Shown here piece by piece: positions 14,771 to 27,370 of a stretch of DNA of 64,000 nt. The stretch lies in NCBI RefSeq assembly GCF_009914755.1, contig NC_060927.1, one strand, 5' to 3'. The notes beneath the pieces were generated by a model. That model was not told the origin of the DNA and did not search any database. It worked only from the letters and a program-made list of their open reading frames with translations. A program made the position numbers and the translations under genes. This stretch comes from the human T2T-CHM13v2.0 reference genome, Homo sapiens. Every line of letters starts with the position of its first letter. The first letter of the stretch is position 1.

Positions 14771-15145
14771 CACTGCCTTTTGTGATGATGGTTTAAATTT
14801 TGAATATGACAGAAGTCAGAGAGATAATAAGCAAGGTTTTGGAGAGAAAAAAGAAAAGAACTTAGGATACAAGGAGATGTGTCGGGGAGGAGGTGTCCAT
14901 ATGAATATAAGGCCAAGACAGAAACTGCAGCAGGAACAAAACTCCTGGGTGAATCTCTGGAGACCCAAGTCATGGGAAAGGCCTCTGTGAGGTCCAGGGA
15001 AAGCAGGTCTTTTATTTGCACACTTTTTTTTCTGTCGCTCTTTGTAACTAGACTTTTCAAAATAGGTGAGTATGAATGTGAGATGTGTGAGAATGTGTAT
15101 AAACATGTGCAGGTGTGTTTCAAGAGTAGGCAGGATATCTTTTTC

Positions 15146-15176
<31 letters not shown>

Positions 15177-15966
15177 AAGCACAGGGGAAATATTTTCAAC
15201 AAGAAAACTATTATTCCTGGTTGAATTATAACAAAACTATTTTTGGCACTGAAATTTTCCTTGGGTTCCCTAGCTGTGATCTGATGAAATGTTTTCCCTG
15301 ATTTTTTTAACCATAAAATATATCTAAAGAGTAAAATAAATTTGAGCCTTCCTAGTTTTGTAGGAGAAATGAATTTTCAGGTACTGAAAAATTGTCCTGA
15401 TATTAAAACCCCAAAATAATTTCTTGAGCCTAAGAGACCATCACAGAACATAAAGATGAGGTTTTCAGTCCTCCTGTTTAATATAAATTATTGAATTGCT
15501 GAAAGTTTTATTTATGAAATTTCCTTTCATATATTTAATTTTCTGTAACTCTTTGTGATTCAGTTTTATTTGTTATTACCTAAAGCGTACCAAACTCCAA
15601 GTTTGTATTGTCAGGTATTTTATTATTTTAAATGTAAAAGTGCTCCTTTAGACAGTCATTTTTTATTCCCAACTGATCTCGGTTTCTCTTTAATCTACTC
15701 ACCCTGCTCCAGAAGGCAGGCTCTATGGGGGTTCTAAAATGGATCAGGCTTTGTCCTTACAGGCCAGTTAGCTCCGGCTTTGATCACACAAAAGGGAAAG
15801 CACTAAAGATCAGCCTTGTCCTTCTGGAAGCTTCCCTCTTGGGACCACTAAAGAAGGCTGTCTTTGTTTCTTTATTTTTCTTTAAGAATTTAATAATCTC
15901 TGAGGAAAGGAATGTTAGCTCTCCAAGTTACTAGTACTAACAGTTTTTTATAGTCCATTAAGAGAA

Positions 15967-16054
15967 TTTTTTTTTTTTTTTTGAGACAGAGTCTCGCTCT
16001 GTTGCCCAGGCTGGAGTGCAGTGGCGTGATCTTGGCTTACTGCAAGCTCCGCCT
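15967..16054 (-). mobile_element. AluY 3' fragment (about 70 bp plus tail), no TSD
   Basis: poly-T, gagacagagtctcgctctg...tgcaagctccgcct then abrupt end. Confidence 0.9.
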
Positions 16055-17747
16055 GGCAACAACAACAACAAATGTAGGCTACACCTCTTCCTTAGAAAGC
16101 ATTGACGGTAAGTCTAACATATTCCCTGTATTCACTTTTGAAAACTGAGGTCAAGACTATTTTCAGGGTGGGAGTTTTTGACTTTTAAATTACTTTCTGG
16201 TTTTGGTTCCATTAAATATTACTCTTTTGGCCTTCAAAATCATGTCTGATGGCATGTAGTCTACAGTTGCATAATATAGCAGTTAGAAATGTGGGCAATG
16301 TCTATTAAAAATACATATTTTATTGTCCAGAGCCACTAGATGACTTAGCAACCATTTCATGTTTCACAGACACACATTCATTCATTCATGTTTTCTCCAT
16401 TGAGATTTGTCGATAACGTTTTCCAGTCAATCATATTATGAGAATTTAGCCTACATTTTACATCCTTCTAAGGGATCTAAAAAATATGAGCTTTCTCCCA
16501 TCTCTTCAGCAAAACTTTGCCTGATATACTCACTGAGTGACAACATGAAAGCAAAATAAATTACTCTGTATGCTCCCTGTGTGGCCTCCTGTTATAACAG
16601 GGCCACTTTGCATCAATTGAGAATAAAAGCATAATGATATACTCCCTAATGTGAAGATGATGCAGTCTGATAGATATAAGCACAGCTTGAAGAAGGTTAT
16701 GCCTACATTGGAGCCAAAGGTTCATAGCTTTTGTGGCTGAACACCTAAGGAGAAATACCATTCAGACAAAATAAAAAAAAAATGGATTATGTCTCTTTAC
16801 GTTTAGCAGTCCTTGCTGGGAATTAGATTTGTTTTGAGTAAAATTACTGGAAGACACACTAGCAGAGTATCAATTTATATTCTGATAAACACTTTTTACT
16901 GTATCCACCTTCATATCACCTACTCTGTCCTAAACCCCAAGGCATAGATTCTCCTGCTTTGACCTGAGGATTTATTAGTTAATGCCTTAGGTACAAAAGA
17001 ACAAACAGCCAAAAAACTGTAATGAGAACATTTTTACTTTAAGGAACAGAATTATTGATTTTATTTATATTGAGTTTAAACAGTTTAGAAAATTTCTGTC
17101 AAAATTGTGTGTGATGATGTTAGTGTGTGTGCGTTTTTAGGTGTGAATTCTCACTTTCTAATAACAGAAGGTATATATTTAAGTGTTGCAAATTCAAAAT
17201 AGTTTTATAAATATGATGTAATAATTCAGAGGAGATGAATTATTTGCTTGAAATTTGCCTGTTCTGGTCAAAGCTGCTGCTCTAATCTGAGGCACTAAGT
17301 GTGATTTTGTTCTGTTTAACTTATTTATAATCTTATACTTTTTAGAGTTGTGCTTTTGAAACAAAGATGATTCAGCAACCCAGAAAGACAAAAGGGGTGG
17401 TCATATTTCACTCTCCCCTGATTCTGTGTAATTACAACCAAGCACAAAAAGGCAACAGAGAAATGGGTCTTTGATTGTGAGAAATACCTGGAAAATAACA
17501 TTAGTAAATTACTTTGCAGTGTCTGTTGTGAATTTGTATTTTTCCACAAGTGGCCCCAAACATCATACTATATATTAAGCAATCTAATGTTTAAAATAGT
17601 ATTTATTATATTGTTAATGTGATACAATTGAATGAGGATGTTGGATTGGACTTTCAACTATTCAAGAATGACGGATGAAGTCTAAAGCTAAAAATCCGTC
17701 AGTTACCCATATACTGAAAACTGCTACCTTTGAGGCTTCAAACACTT

Positions 17748-17944
17748 GCATCGTCTGCCCAAGCACTATCCGCCATCATTCCACAGTCTCACACAGTCAG
17801 TATCAGTCTTCAGCATCGTCCGCCCAAGCACTGTCCGCCATCATTCCACTGTCTCACACACAGTCAGTATCAGTCTTCAGCATCATCCGCCCAAGCACTG
17901 TCCGCCATCATTCCACAGTCTCCCACAGTCAGTATCAGTCTTCA
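17748..17944. repeat. Minisatellite, 3 x 65-67 bp
   Basis: units 17748-17812, 17813-17879, 17880-17944: gcatcgtcYgcccaagcactRtccgccatcattccacWgtctcacacagtcagtatcagtcttca. Confidence 0.97.
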
Positions 17945-19039
17945 TAAGAAGTCTGGGGAAGAACAAAGATTGGGTTGCATCTTCTGGGGAGGCAAGTAAT
18001 TGTTGGGAGAGGCAATCTTCCTGACTGGAGATGCTCTGGTAAAGTGGAGGTGGGGCAAATACTGTTTTTGGAAAATTGCTCTTCATTTGCCTTAAATAGG
18101 GAAACACTGACCTATGAATTACCATTCCAAAGATATAGGTTAAAGTGCAGAAATTGGCATGACCTCAGCGTCGCCACACAGAAACAAGTGAAGACCTCTA
18201 CTAATGGAAACATTTAAGAAGAATTAGGCTACTTCTCCTGAAGGCAGCCCTTGGCATCAGCAAAAGCAAGGGTAAAAGTTAAAATTACCCCCAAGAACAT
18301 CATGGCACAACCTGTGGGTAGCCCATTAGTGCCATGAAAAATTATACTAAATTAGAGACTAAGGTCACATCCCACATCGAGGTACAACCAATTATGTGCT
18401 ATATCTGCTTCTCCATCTCCCCTTCCTCCTTTCAGCACTGGAGGAATTTATCCACAGAGAAGGTTTGGCAAAGCTCAACTGTTCTTTTCAGCCAAGGCCG
18501 TCTAACCACAAATCTAAATTGCCCTGAAGGATGGACAGTGAAGACTGAATTAGCTATATCATTGGACAGTGTTATTATTGAACATGTTCAAAAAGTTATG
18601 GAGGCTGGTGAAATGCCATCAAGGAGTGGAAAGGGGAATTTATTATACCATATTTAAAGCAGCTTAAGTCACGGTTGTGTATTTATACCCCAAGGAATTG
18701 ATTTTCTTCAATAAACCAGTTATACATGGCAACTTTAATCAAATTTCTAGTTCCTAGGGGCCTTCTGGTAATCTTACTGTTTAAGATCTCTGTTCCATTT
18801 GTAAGGGGCAGAGCAAGGATTTAAACTCTGCATAAGTGTCTATTCCTTTTGATCAATTGAGCCTAAAGAAAGCCTATGTAACATATTTTTAAAAGATTTT
18901 TTTAAAAGTACTTCCTGATTTGTTTATAATTGTGAAAATAAATATCAAAACAAAAAAGCACTAAAATGATAGCATATATAATTGATGGCAAATTATAGTT
19001 TGTTTTATATACTCCTATCTCCCAATTTTGTAATAAATA

Positions 19040-19278
19040 ATACTAATAGCAGGCATTAATTAAACATCTATGAAATCTGAGAGACTATTTGAAGTACTTT
19101 ACATATACTCATTTAGCTTATCACAGCAATCCTAAGACACAAGAAGAACACCATTACCCCCATCTTACTGACTATGAAACTGAGTCCTGGAGAGACATTT
19201 TCAAGGCCACACAGTTATTTGTTGACAAAGTCTGAATTTACACTTAGAAAATCTGATTTCAGAAGTGTGAGCTTCAGA
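19040..19278 (-). mobile_element. MIR (MIRb-like)
   Basis: tactttacatat...attacccccatcttac...gaaactgag...caaggccacacag. Confidence 0.8.
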
Positions 19279-19326
19279 TTTATTTTTGTGTGTGCTTAAG
19301 ATATCAAGTTGCATTTACCTGGAAAA

Positions 19327-19827
19327 TGTGCCAAGAACTGGAAAGGGTCTGAGATTTCACGTTACTTGCAAGCTAACAAGTTAGCCTGCCACAGTGTAAC
19401 GGATGCTGGCAGAAGGCATGAGACTCTTAAGTCAGAAACAAAGGACAGTTATTACTCACAGCAATAGTAGTAGCAGGGCCATCATCATTTTTCTTGTGTC
19501 AGTGTTTTTGGGCCCCAATTTCCGCAGGAACACATGGAAAGATTCAGATGACACCTGCATATATGGTGGATTGCGCTACAGAAGAGGAATTCCATGCTTA
19601 CACTGGACAATAAGCATGCCCGCCCATTGCTCCAGAGGGAGACAGTATCTTTAGCTTCAAAGGCTATGAGCAAACCTGCCCTTTGCTCCAGAGGGAGAGA
19701 CTATTTCTGTTTTCCAAGGCTGTTCACTATACAAACTTCTTCAAAAGATAGTTTGAAACAAATAGCATCAGTACCTTTGCTCACAAACAAGCAGAAATGA
19801 GAGAGTATTAAGGACTGTCTCCCAATA
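19327..19827 (-). mobile_element. ERVL-type solo LTR (LTR40-like)
   Basis: reverse complement starts tattgggagacag...aacagccttggaa...tccctctggagcaaagggcaggtttgct. Confidence 0.75.
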
Positions 19828-21464
19828 AAGCTTTGTACACCCCATTATCAATGGCAAAGTCATGAAAATGTTAGAATTAGTGACACACTTGGGAATGAAT
19901 TTAGGATTTAAACTTTTCTTCTTGGGATTTTTCATTTTTTGTTTTTTCTACTCACAGTACACTTATGCAATAGGAGATAATTGCTTTGCTTTGTGTCATA
20001 AACATGTTAGAACATTTACATCTGTTTTCCATAACTGATATGTCTCCACTTGCTTTTCTTCATCTTTTCAACCCAGAGAGAATATCATATTCTCCTTAGT
20101 GCAGATCCAGGCTTAGCACTTTGAAATATATCTTCAGTTGTAATTGCCATTTTCTCTGGTTGAGAAAGTTTATTTCCATTATAACCTACATGATATTTTA
20201 TAACAAGACTTATACCAAATGTGCTGAGTTTTAACTAGCTTTATGAATTTGAAGTGACTTTCTCTTGCTATTCAATAATGTTCAATATAAATACCAATGT
20301 TAAAAATATGATATTTAATATAATCATTAATGACTTGGAGACTGAGAGATACCACAGAAGTCTGAAAGCATTAATTACTTTAATGGGAGCTTATTTTTAA
20401 TCTTATATATAAAATTTTCTTAAAGTATTGAAAAATTTTTAAAAGACTTACTGTCTACAGCCAAAGAGAAATCAGTAAAGACTTACATGAAACAAGTAGA
20501 AACACTAAATAGAATTTGCCATCTCCTTTTTCTGTTTAGTTTTTATAGACATTTTTTCATGAAGACAAACACTGATTATCTGTTATCAGAAGAAGTTAAC
20601 ATTCCTAGTCTGCTCATAAAAGGATCCTGGAAAAAGACAATCGGGACACATAAGCATCTGTCTTGGAAAAATGAGTGAAATTGGTATATATTTTAATTTC
20701 AGTATTTTATTATGAATTGGTAGTCATAACTGCTTATAATTGCATTAGCCTTTATGTTTTACTAGATATGTTTTTAAGTTAATTTTTACTAAACATCATG
20801 TTCAAGTGAATTTTCCTCAACCCTCTCAATAAAATAATGATATATGTAGTATGATCTCTCTTTTATAGGTAAAAAAATTGAACCACAGAAAGTTTATCAT
20901 TATGCCAACATCACATGTGGCTGAATAGTAATCATGTAATACATCCCTAAGTCATATGAAAAGAAAAAGGAGAGTAATATTAAAAAGCACAATACTAATA
21001 GCAACAGCCCTGAATTCTTACTTTTTTTATGGTGCTGGTAAATAATAATTGTCTATGTTAAAAGTAATGTAAGAGTTATGGAAACTAGTAGACCTTTGAG
21101 ACTTTTGGGGCAAACAGCTGTCAAACCTAACAGAACATCAGAATCACTAGAGAAACTCTAAAAATAAAAGTATTGGGTTTGTCCATTGGATATTGTGATT
21201 TACCACACTTAGAATAGGGGTCCTGAATCCTAATCTGAATATATATTTTTTCAACTCCACAGGGATTCTGATAGAATTTTCCCCATTTCCTGCCTCTACA
21301 GTATAATATTTTGGTTGATGAGTGTTTCAACTGAGAACATCAATATTTCATGAGGCTTATGTTTCCATATTATGTCTTTATTGTTTGCCTTGTTCTTATA
21401 AATGTATGTATGTATAACCTCACATACATGTAAATATATGAGTTTTTCTTTAATTTACATTTTA

Positions 21465-21670
21465 GGAAGAGATGACCTGGGTTTAATTTCCACATCTACC
21501 TACTATTAACTATGTGACTTTGAGTAAATTACTTAACCTACAATGCTCTCAGTTTCTTCATTTATAAAAGAGGGATATGCTAGCAACCCTATAGTATTGT
21601 TGTGAAGGTAAAATCAGAAAATGTAATCAAAGTGTTTGGGACATAGCCGCTGTTCAATTAATGTTAATAA
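21465..21670 (+). mobile_element. MIR
   Basis: gacctgggtttaattt...tgtgactttgagtaaattacttaacct...ctcagtttcttcatttataaaa. Confidence 0.85.
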
Positions 21671-24600
21671 CTTTACAATGTCATAACTATCATATTTCAT
21701 CAAAATATCATATTAATAATCAGATATAAGTTAGTTCTAACACATTCTTATGAGTGTCTTTTTAAATTACACAATAGCTCAATGGTAATGGTTATACAGA
21801 ACTTATGTGGATGAAGTGTTGTCAACCTAGTAAGCAGAAGTACTTCATTCCCTGTAGACTAATTCCCTCCCCAAGTTGAGAAGAGGTAGTCTTACAAATG
21901 TGTACTAATCTCATGATCTCTATTTATAGCCTGGCCAGTGTCTGCAGAATTAAAGAAATGGCTGAGCACCCACACTGGGAAAAAACTACTTCCTCAAGTT
22001 GACAAAGTGGCTATTACTAGTTGGAGTGAGGCAAGTCAGGCACATCCCCTCGTTCCTACTGGTTTTCCTCCACAACCCTGCTTCCTCTTCTTGCTTGCTC
22101 TCAATTTGTTTCATTCTTTTGTTTCATTGTGGAGTAAAGTCCTAGCTTCAGATTAGATCAAAATTTTGTTCAAATGATTTGAAAACATTTTTATAGCTAG
22201 AATAATTATGTGGAGCTACTTATAAAATACTCCAGCCTGATGTTTAATTCCCTAGGCAGATTTGAATGAAAATGAGTTGAACTGGTTTCTTTAGTATAGT
22301 ATTTGTGACTATTACCTCACTAAAATGACTAAGGACAAAAAAATGGTCCCGAAAACTTGGGTGTTACTCTTGTGTTCATGAATGATTGATGAAGCGGCCT
22401 TTATGTGCAGTCTCCTGTGGATTGCAGAACCAGCAACTTTGGTCCTTTATGAGACAGAGTTTTATTAGAGTTCCCCATAAATATCAAGTTATAAATAAAC
22501 TGTGTCTGGAAAGTGCTTCAACTGAATTCCAGGCTGCTCACTAATTGGCCTACCACAGATGGCTATAACAAAATAACTAACAATTAGATTACCCCATTGT
22601 TACAAATTCACTCTGAAAATAGCAAGGCACACGTGGCTTTTGACAAGAGGTTGCAGGAAGAAGGTGTAGAACAACTTGTTAAATATTAATCAAGATTTTA
22701 ATTCAAGAACAGCCTGGCGTTTCCTCTCTCAAAATACAATTCTAACTTAGCAGTCACCGTCAGCATAGTGATGATTCGTCGGACTTTGCATTGTACACAT
22801 GGATTAATGCAAATGCACATAAATGCAAACAAGGTTAAAATGGAAAATGCAATGGAAAGATGAAATACTGCTTTGGATCCCTGTTTCACGCAGATGACAG
22901 AGGCAGGTCTGTCCTGATATGATCTTTTTAGCCATTTCAATAACTAAATTCTCATGAAGAGAATGAGCGAGAGAGTTTTATGTCATGCTTTATGGTACAA
23001 TATGGTTTTGTGTAGGCATAAGAACAGTATTTTAAGTGCTAATCATAAGTTGGCAAATATAACTTTAATAACGAAGGAGAAACTTGAGAGAATTCAAGAA
23101 ATAATACTTAAAAATTAATATCCCATTTCTCTAGTCTGTGGGGTAGAGGTAGTTGTGCTTCATCTATATAAAAGTCTTATTGAGTTCATGTGCAGAATTT
23201 AATGAACTACATTGCACATTCAGCCACATCTGCTTTGTTGCCTAACATTTCTCATACTCATTGGGCCTGTTTGGTTCACCTAAGTTAAAATTTAGGCAGA
23301 CATCAATAGGTGTTAGCAGAAAATGAAGAAGTCTATACCTTCCTTTTTGTTCAGAAATGTTTTTCTCAAACATGGAAATACAAGGCAAAGACCATAGTCT
23401 TTGAGACACTACAACCTTCGCAACCTGTTCTTTGAGAACATCACATTGTGTTTATTGGATGGGTTCAGGAGGAGTTCTTTTAAGAAAATATATTTTCTTA
23501 GAACTTAGAGAACTCTCTAAACGCACTTCTAATTAACACCTAAATTCTTTCTTTTAGGCGAGACAGAGACTTTCTTTGCATAACAACGTCTGGGGCATTT
23601 GCAAATCTCAGCTTGCTTCACGTTTTTAGGGGCTGCAATTCTTGTGACCAGAAATGCATGTGAAAGCAAATTTATTACAGTCGGAGACGAAGAACAGTTA
23701 ACTAAAAATGATCTCTGATTGAGAATAGCAACATTAGATGTCTGACATCTGTTTCCCTAGTTGTTTTAAAACTCAACATAGACGAAGCATTTTAAATCGT
23801 AATGCAAAGCATACTCCCAATTCAAGGCATTCAAAAATTCAGTAGCTTCATTTTACAAGATAACTAATTTTCAAATACACAACTATTAAAATACTTGACA
23901 AAAACTGAGCAGTTCATATATGTTAAAATATGCTTTTAAATGTTTTGAATTCCAGCTGTTTCTTTTTCTGTTCTTAGTAAGAAGAAAGTGCCACAACTCT
24001 GGATTTCAATACATACATTCGTATAACCTTTTCCTAAATTAAGGAGAACATTTGGGGAACACTTTCACAAGGTTTGAAAGAATAACTTCTACTTTAGATA
24101 GAGTAAGTCCTTAACAAAATAAATCTCTTTTGATGGTGTGCTTTTGATTGATTAGGACTTCATTATGTTTTTATAAATTATTATTAAAATGCTAATAGTG
24201 AAGATAGTCATTACTATTTATGATTACTTAGAGCCCTCACTTGCTTATTATGCCTGTACAATAATTTATTACTGCTTTGTTTGTGGGAAGTTATATATAA
24301 AACCAGTAATATATTAAACCCTAATTTCCATTCTAATATCAAGTGAAAAAAATCATCTGAAGGTGATGAATTTTCGGTGTCACAAATCACTGTCACACAT
24401 TCTAGGCAAGTGATATTTTTAGAGAGGTTTTGGGAAATGTAATGAAAAAATTATGAAGGAAAAGTCACTTCTTTCATATAGGAAAAACTGCTGGGTATAA
24501 GTAGAGGAAAAGAGAAGCCTCAGCACAGATGTCTGTTTACATGTATCATACCTGCCATGGACTTTTTATGAGATTTTTTGTAAATTACTAAACTAAGATG

Positions 24601-24721
24601 TTTCTCCATTTATTCATTTTAAAAATAAGTTTTATAAATCCAATTTTCCTATTTCACAGAACTGTTAGGACCCAGTGAAATATTTTGTTAAGCATTTGAA
24701 AGTTCCATGCATATATCTGGA

Positions 24722-24787
24722 TATGTGTGTATGTGTATGTTTATGTGTATGTGTATGTGTATGTGTGTGTGTGTGTGTATGTATGCA
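24722..24787. repeat. (TATGTG)n/(TG)n microsatellite
   Basis: direct reading. Confidence 0.95.
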
Positions 24788-24974
24788 TGGGGGTGTTTGT
24801 GTTTGCAAGTGATGCTATTATATTCACTCCTTAGGTAAGAAGCGACTTAGTTTCTGTCTTATTTTAAGCAAACCGCCACACATTTTAATCAGTATTAAAA
24901 TGATAATTGATTACAATTTTTTGGTTTTGACCATGTGGCAGATAATGTATCTTCTGTTTGTTATCAATAGGTAA

Positions 24975-25260
24975 TAGTGAGAATTAAATTAGTTAACATT
25001 AGGAAATTGTATGTAGGTTAACAGTGCCTGACAATAGCTAAGAGTTTAGCAATAATTCTATTATTATTATTTCATCTACATATCATTTATTTAGAAAACT
25101 AATGCTGTGAAAAAGGTAACAATAATCTTCATTTTTGGCTGAGGAAGCTGAGACTTGGAAGGTGTGAAGGAAGTATTCTGAAATCAAATTGTGAATATCA
25201 GGATGAGAATTGGATGGCAACTGGTTGAGCTATGAGCTCATGGTTCTTAACTGTTACATT
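24975..25260. mobile_element. Two tail-to-tail MIR relics
   Basis: gagaattaaatt...acagtgcctgaca (+), then cattttt...gaggaagctgagact...gttcttaac (-). Confidence 0.55.
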
Positions 25261-25719
25261 CTGCAAATATTCTAACCTATATATTCACTTATTCCTTAAA
25301 ATTCACGGATAATAAGTATATCTAACACTGAAATTGGAATCATGTTACTTCACTGACAACACCTGCATAGCAATCTGAGATGACTGGATAAATAAAAAAT
25401 TCTTAAAATAGATGACAGATACATCCATATAAAGAAAGTATCTAGCATTGGCACTTTCCCCAGTCATTAGGTAATATTTAGATGAATTTGGGAGCTACGA
25501 TTTTTTTGGTGATTTTAAGGATATCCCGTGCAGAAAACATTATTCAGAGGTTTACTTTGGCTTTTGGAATTATTGAATTGAATCTATTAAAGCTACAACA
25601 AAGCACACTTGGAGTACAACTATACTTTAGATTGATTCACCCCTTACAGCAGCAGCCTGATGGAAGTGATGGGGAGATACAATGTGTTGGGTGGTTTATA
25701 GCATATGGAGAAGTAGAAT

Positions 25720-27370
25720 AGAAGGCCTCAAGAAAACAGAGAAATGAAACAGAATACTTGAAATAAACTATTGTTTATAATGTATAATAATGATATTTAA
25801 AGAAATATTTACTTTTCAATTTATAAATATACATGTTTCATCTGAATATTTAATTTGGTTATATATTGCTTTTGAGAACAATACATAAACATGACACAAG
25901 AGATTATAGCTAAAATAGAAATGGAAGAGGCCTAATGGAATACTACAAAGCACTTGAGTCATGCAAAAGATAACAGGAAAAGAGAAACAAGTGAGCAAAA
26001 AACAGATGGAATCAATAGAATAAAATAAAGTAATACAGCTAAATACAATTATATCAATAATTATGCTAAACAGGGATAGAATTAAGAAAAAAAAGCCAGG
26101 TTGAATAAAAAGCAAGATCCAGGTATGTAGTATGTATAGGTAATGAATTCAACTATAAATATATACAGAGGAGAAAGTAAGGGTAGAGAAAGCTATATCA
26201 TACAAAAGTATAAGAAAGCTGTTGCAGGTATATGAATACTTCAAGCAGAATATCTATTACCAGATTGAGACTTAACAATTATATAAGGGTCAGGTTACCA
26301 AAAAAATATAACGATGCTAAGCATATTTTTACCTGATAACAGAACTTCAACTTCACAAAGCCAAAAATTGACAGAAAAAAAGGAAAAAATGGACATATCT
26401 ACCGTCATAATTGGAGAGTTTCACATACCGTTTTTGTATTTTATAGAACAAATAGACAAAAAAAGCAAATGGTCTAGACTTTATTGACTTTTATTTAATA
26501 CCCCACTATGCAACTGCAGAAAGTATATTTTTTCAAGATCGTAGAAAACGTTGACCAAGATAGATGATATTCCTACTCATAAAATGTGTTGATAAATTTC
26601 AAGAAATTGAAACATACAGAATCTATCTAAATGTGAGTATTAAATTAAAAGTCACATGGCTTCCTTGTTATATTTTTATTTTTAGTTTAAAATAGTATTT
26701 ACAACCTCAAATTCCTAAGAATAAATTTCAACATGATATCTAAGACTTGTACACTGAGAACTATTTAAAAAAAGGCAGAGAAATGAAAGAATTCTGAAAC
26801 AAAAAGAGACCTAAATAAATAGTCATGTGTTTGAAGAGACAATATTGTTAAAATACCATGGAATACTACACAGCTGTTTAAAAAAAATGAAATCATGTCC
26901 TTTGCAGCAACATGGATGCAGCTGGAGGCCATTATCCTGAGTGAATTAATGCAGGAACAGAAAACCAAATACTGCATGTTCTCACCTATAAGCAGGAGTA
27001 AAACACTGAGCACACATGAACACAAAGGCAGGATAAATGAACAAACTGCTGTCCTCATACAATCAAATACTACTCAGCAATACAAAAGAAGTGAGTTACT
27101 GGAACATGCAACAATATCGATGAACCTCAAAAATGTAAAGAAAAGACAACAGATTCAAAAAAGTAAATACTGTATCATTTCACCTAGATGAATTATAAAA
27201 GCAGGTCAAACAAATCTAGTGATACAAATCTCAACAATGAATTCCTTTGTGGGTTGGGGTTGGCTAGAAGGTTACAAAATAAAACCCACTATGGTGATGA
27301 AAGTGTTTTCTATTTTATCTCACATGATGGATACATATATCCAATCAAGATTAATTGACTTGAACGTTTA
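25720..27370 (+). mobile_element. Old fragmented L1M (ORF2 5' part, ORF2 3' part, 3' end)
   Basis: A-rich; aacagaacttca...aaaattgacagaa...ataattggagagtttcaca...gaccaagataga...aataaattt...agacttgtacactgagaacta; 3' end ...gaacctcaaaaat...aaatactgtat. Confidence 0.75.
26853..27030 (+). mobile_element. Younger L1 (L1PB-like) ORF2-end fragment inside the L1M
   Basis: translates MSFAATWMQLEAIILSELMQEQKTKYCMFS, much better preserved than its flanks. Confidence 0.8.

Noticed and set aside
14695-15202. Longest ORFs in the window (142 and 128 aa)
   Set aside because: No recognisable domain, low-complexity content, mutually overlapping; consistent with chance.
17675-18125. Overlapping ORFs or a CRISPR-like array at the 65-bp repeat
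   Set aside because: Units are contiguous with no unique spacers; the ORFs result from a stop-poor repeat.
11930-19827. Two same-orientation LTR40-like LTRs 7.4 kb apart as one provirus
   Set aside because: No gag/pol remnants recognised, the interior holds older MIR relics, the LTRs are quite divergent, and there is no shared TSD; independent solo LTRs are more likely.
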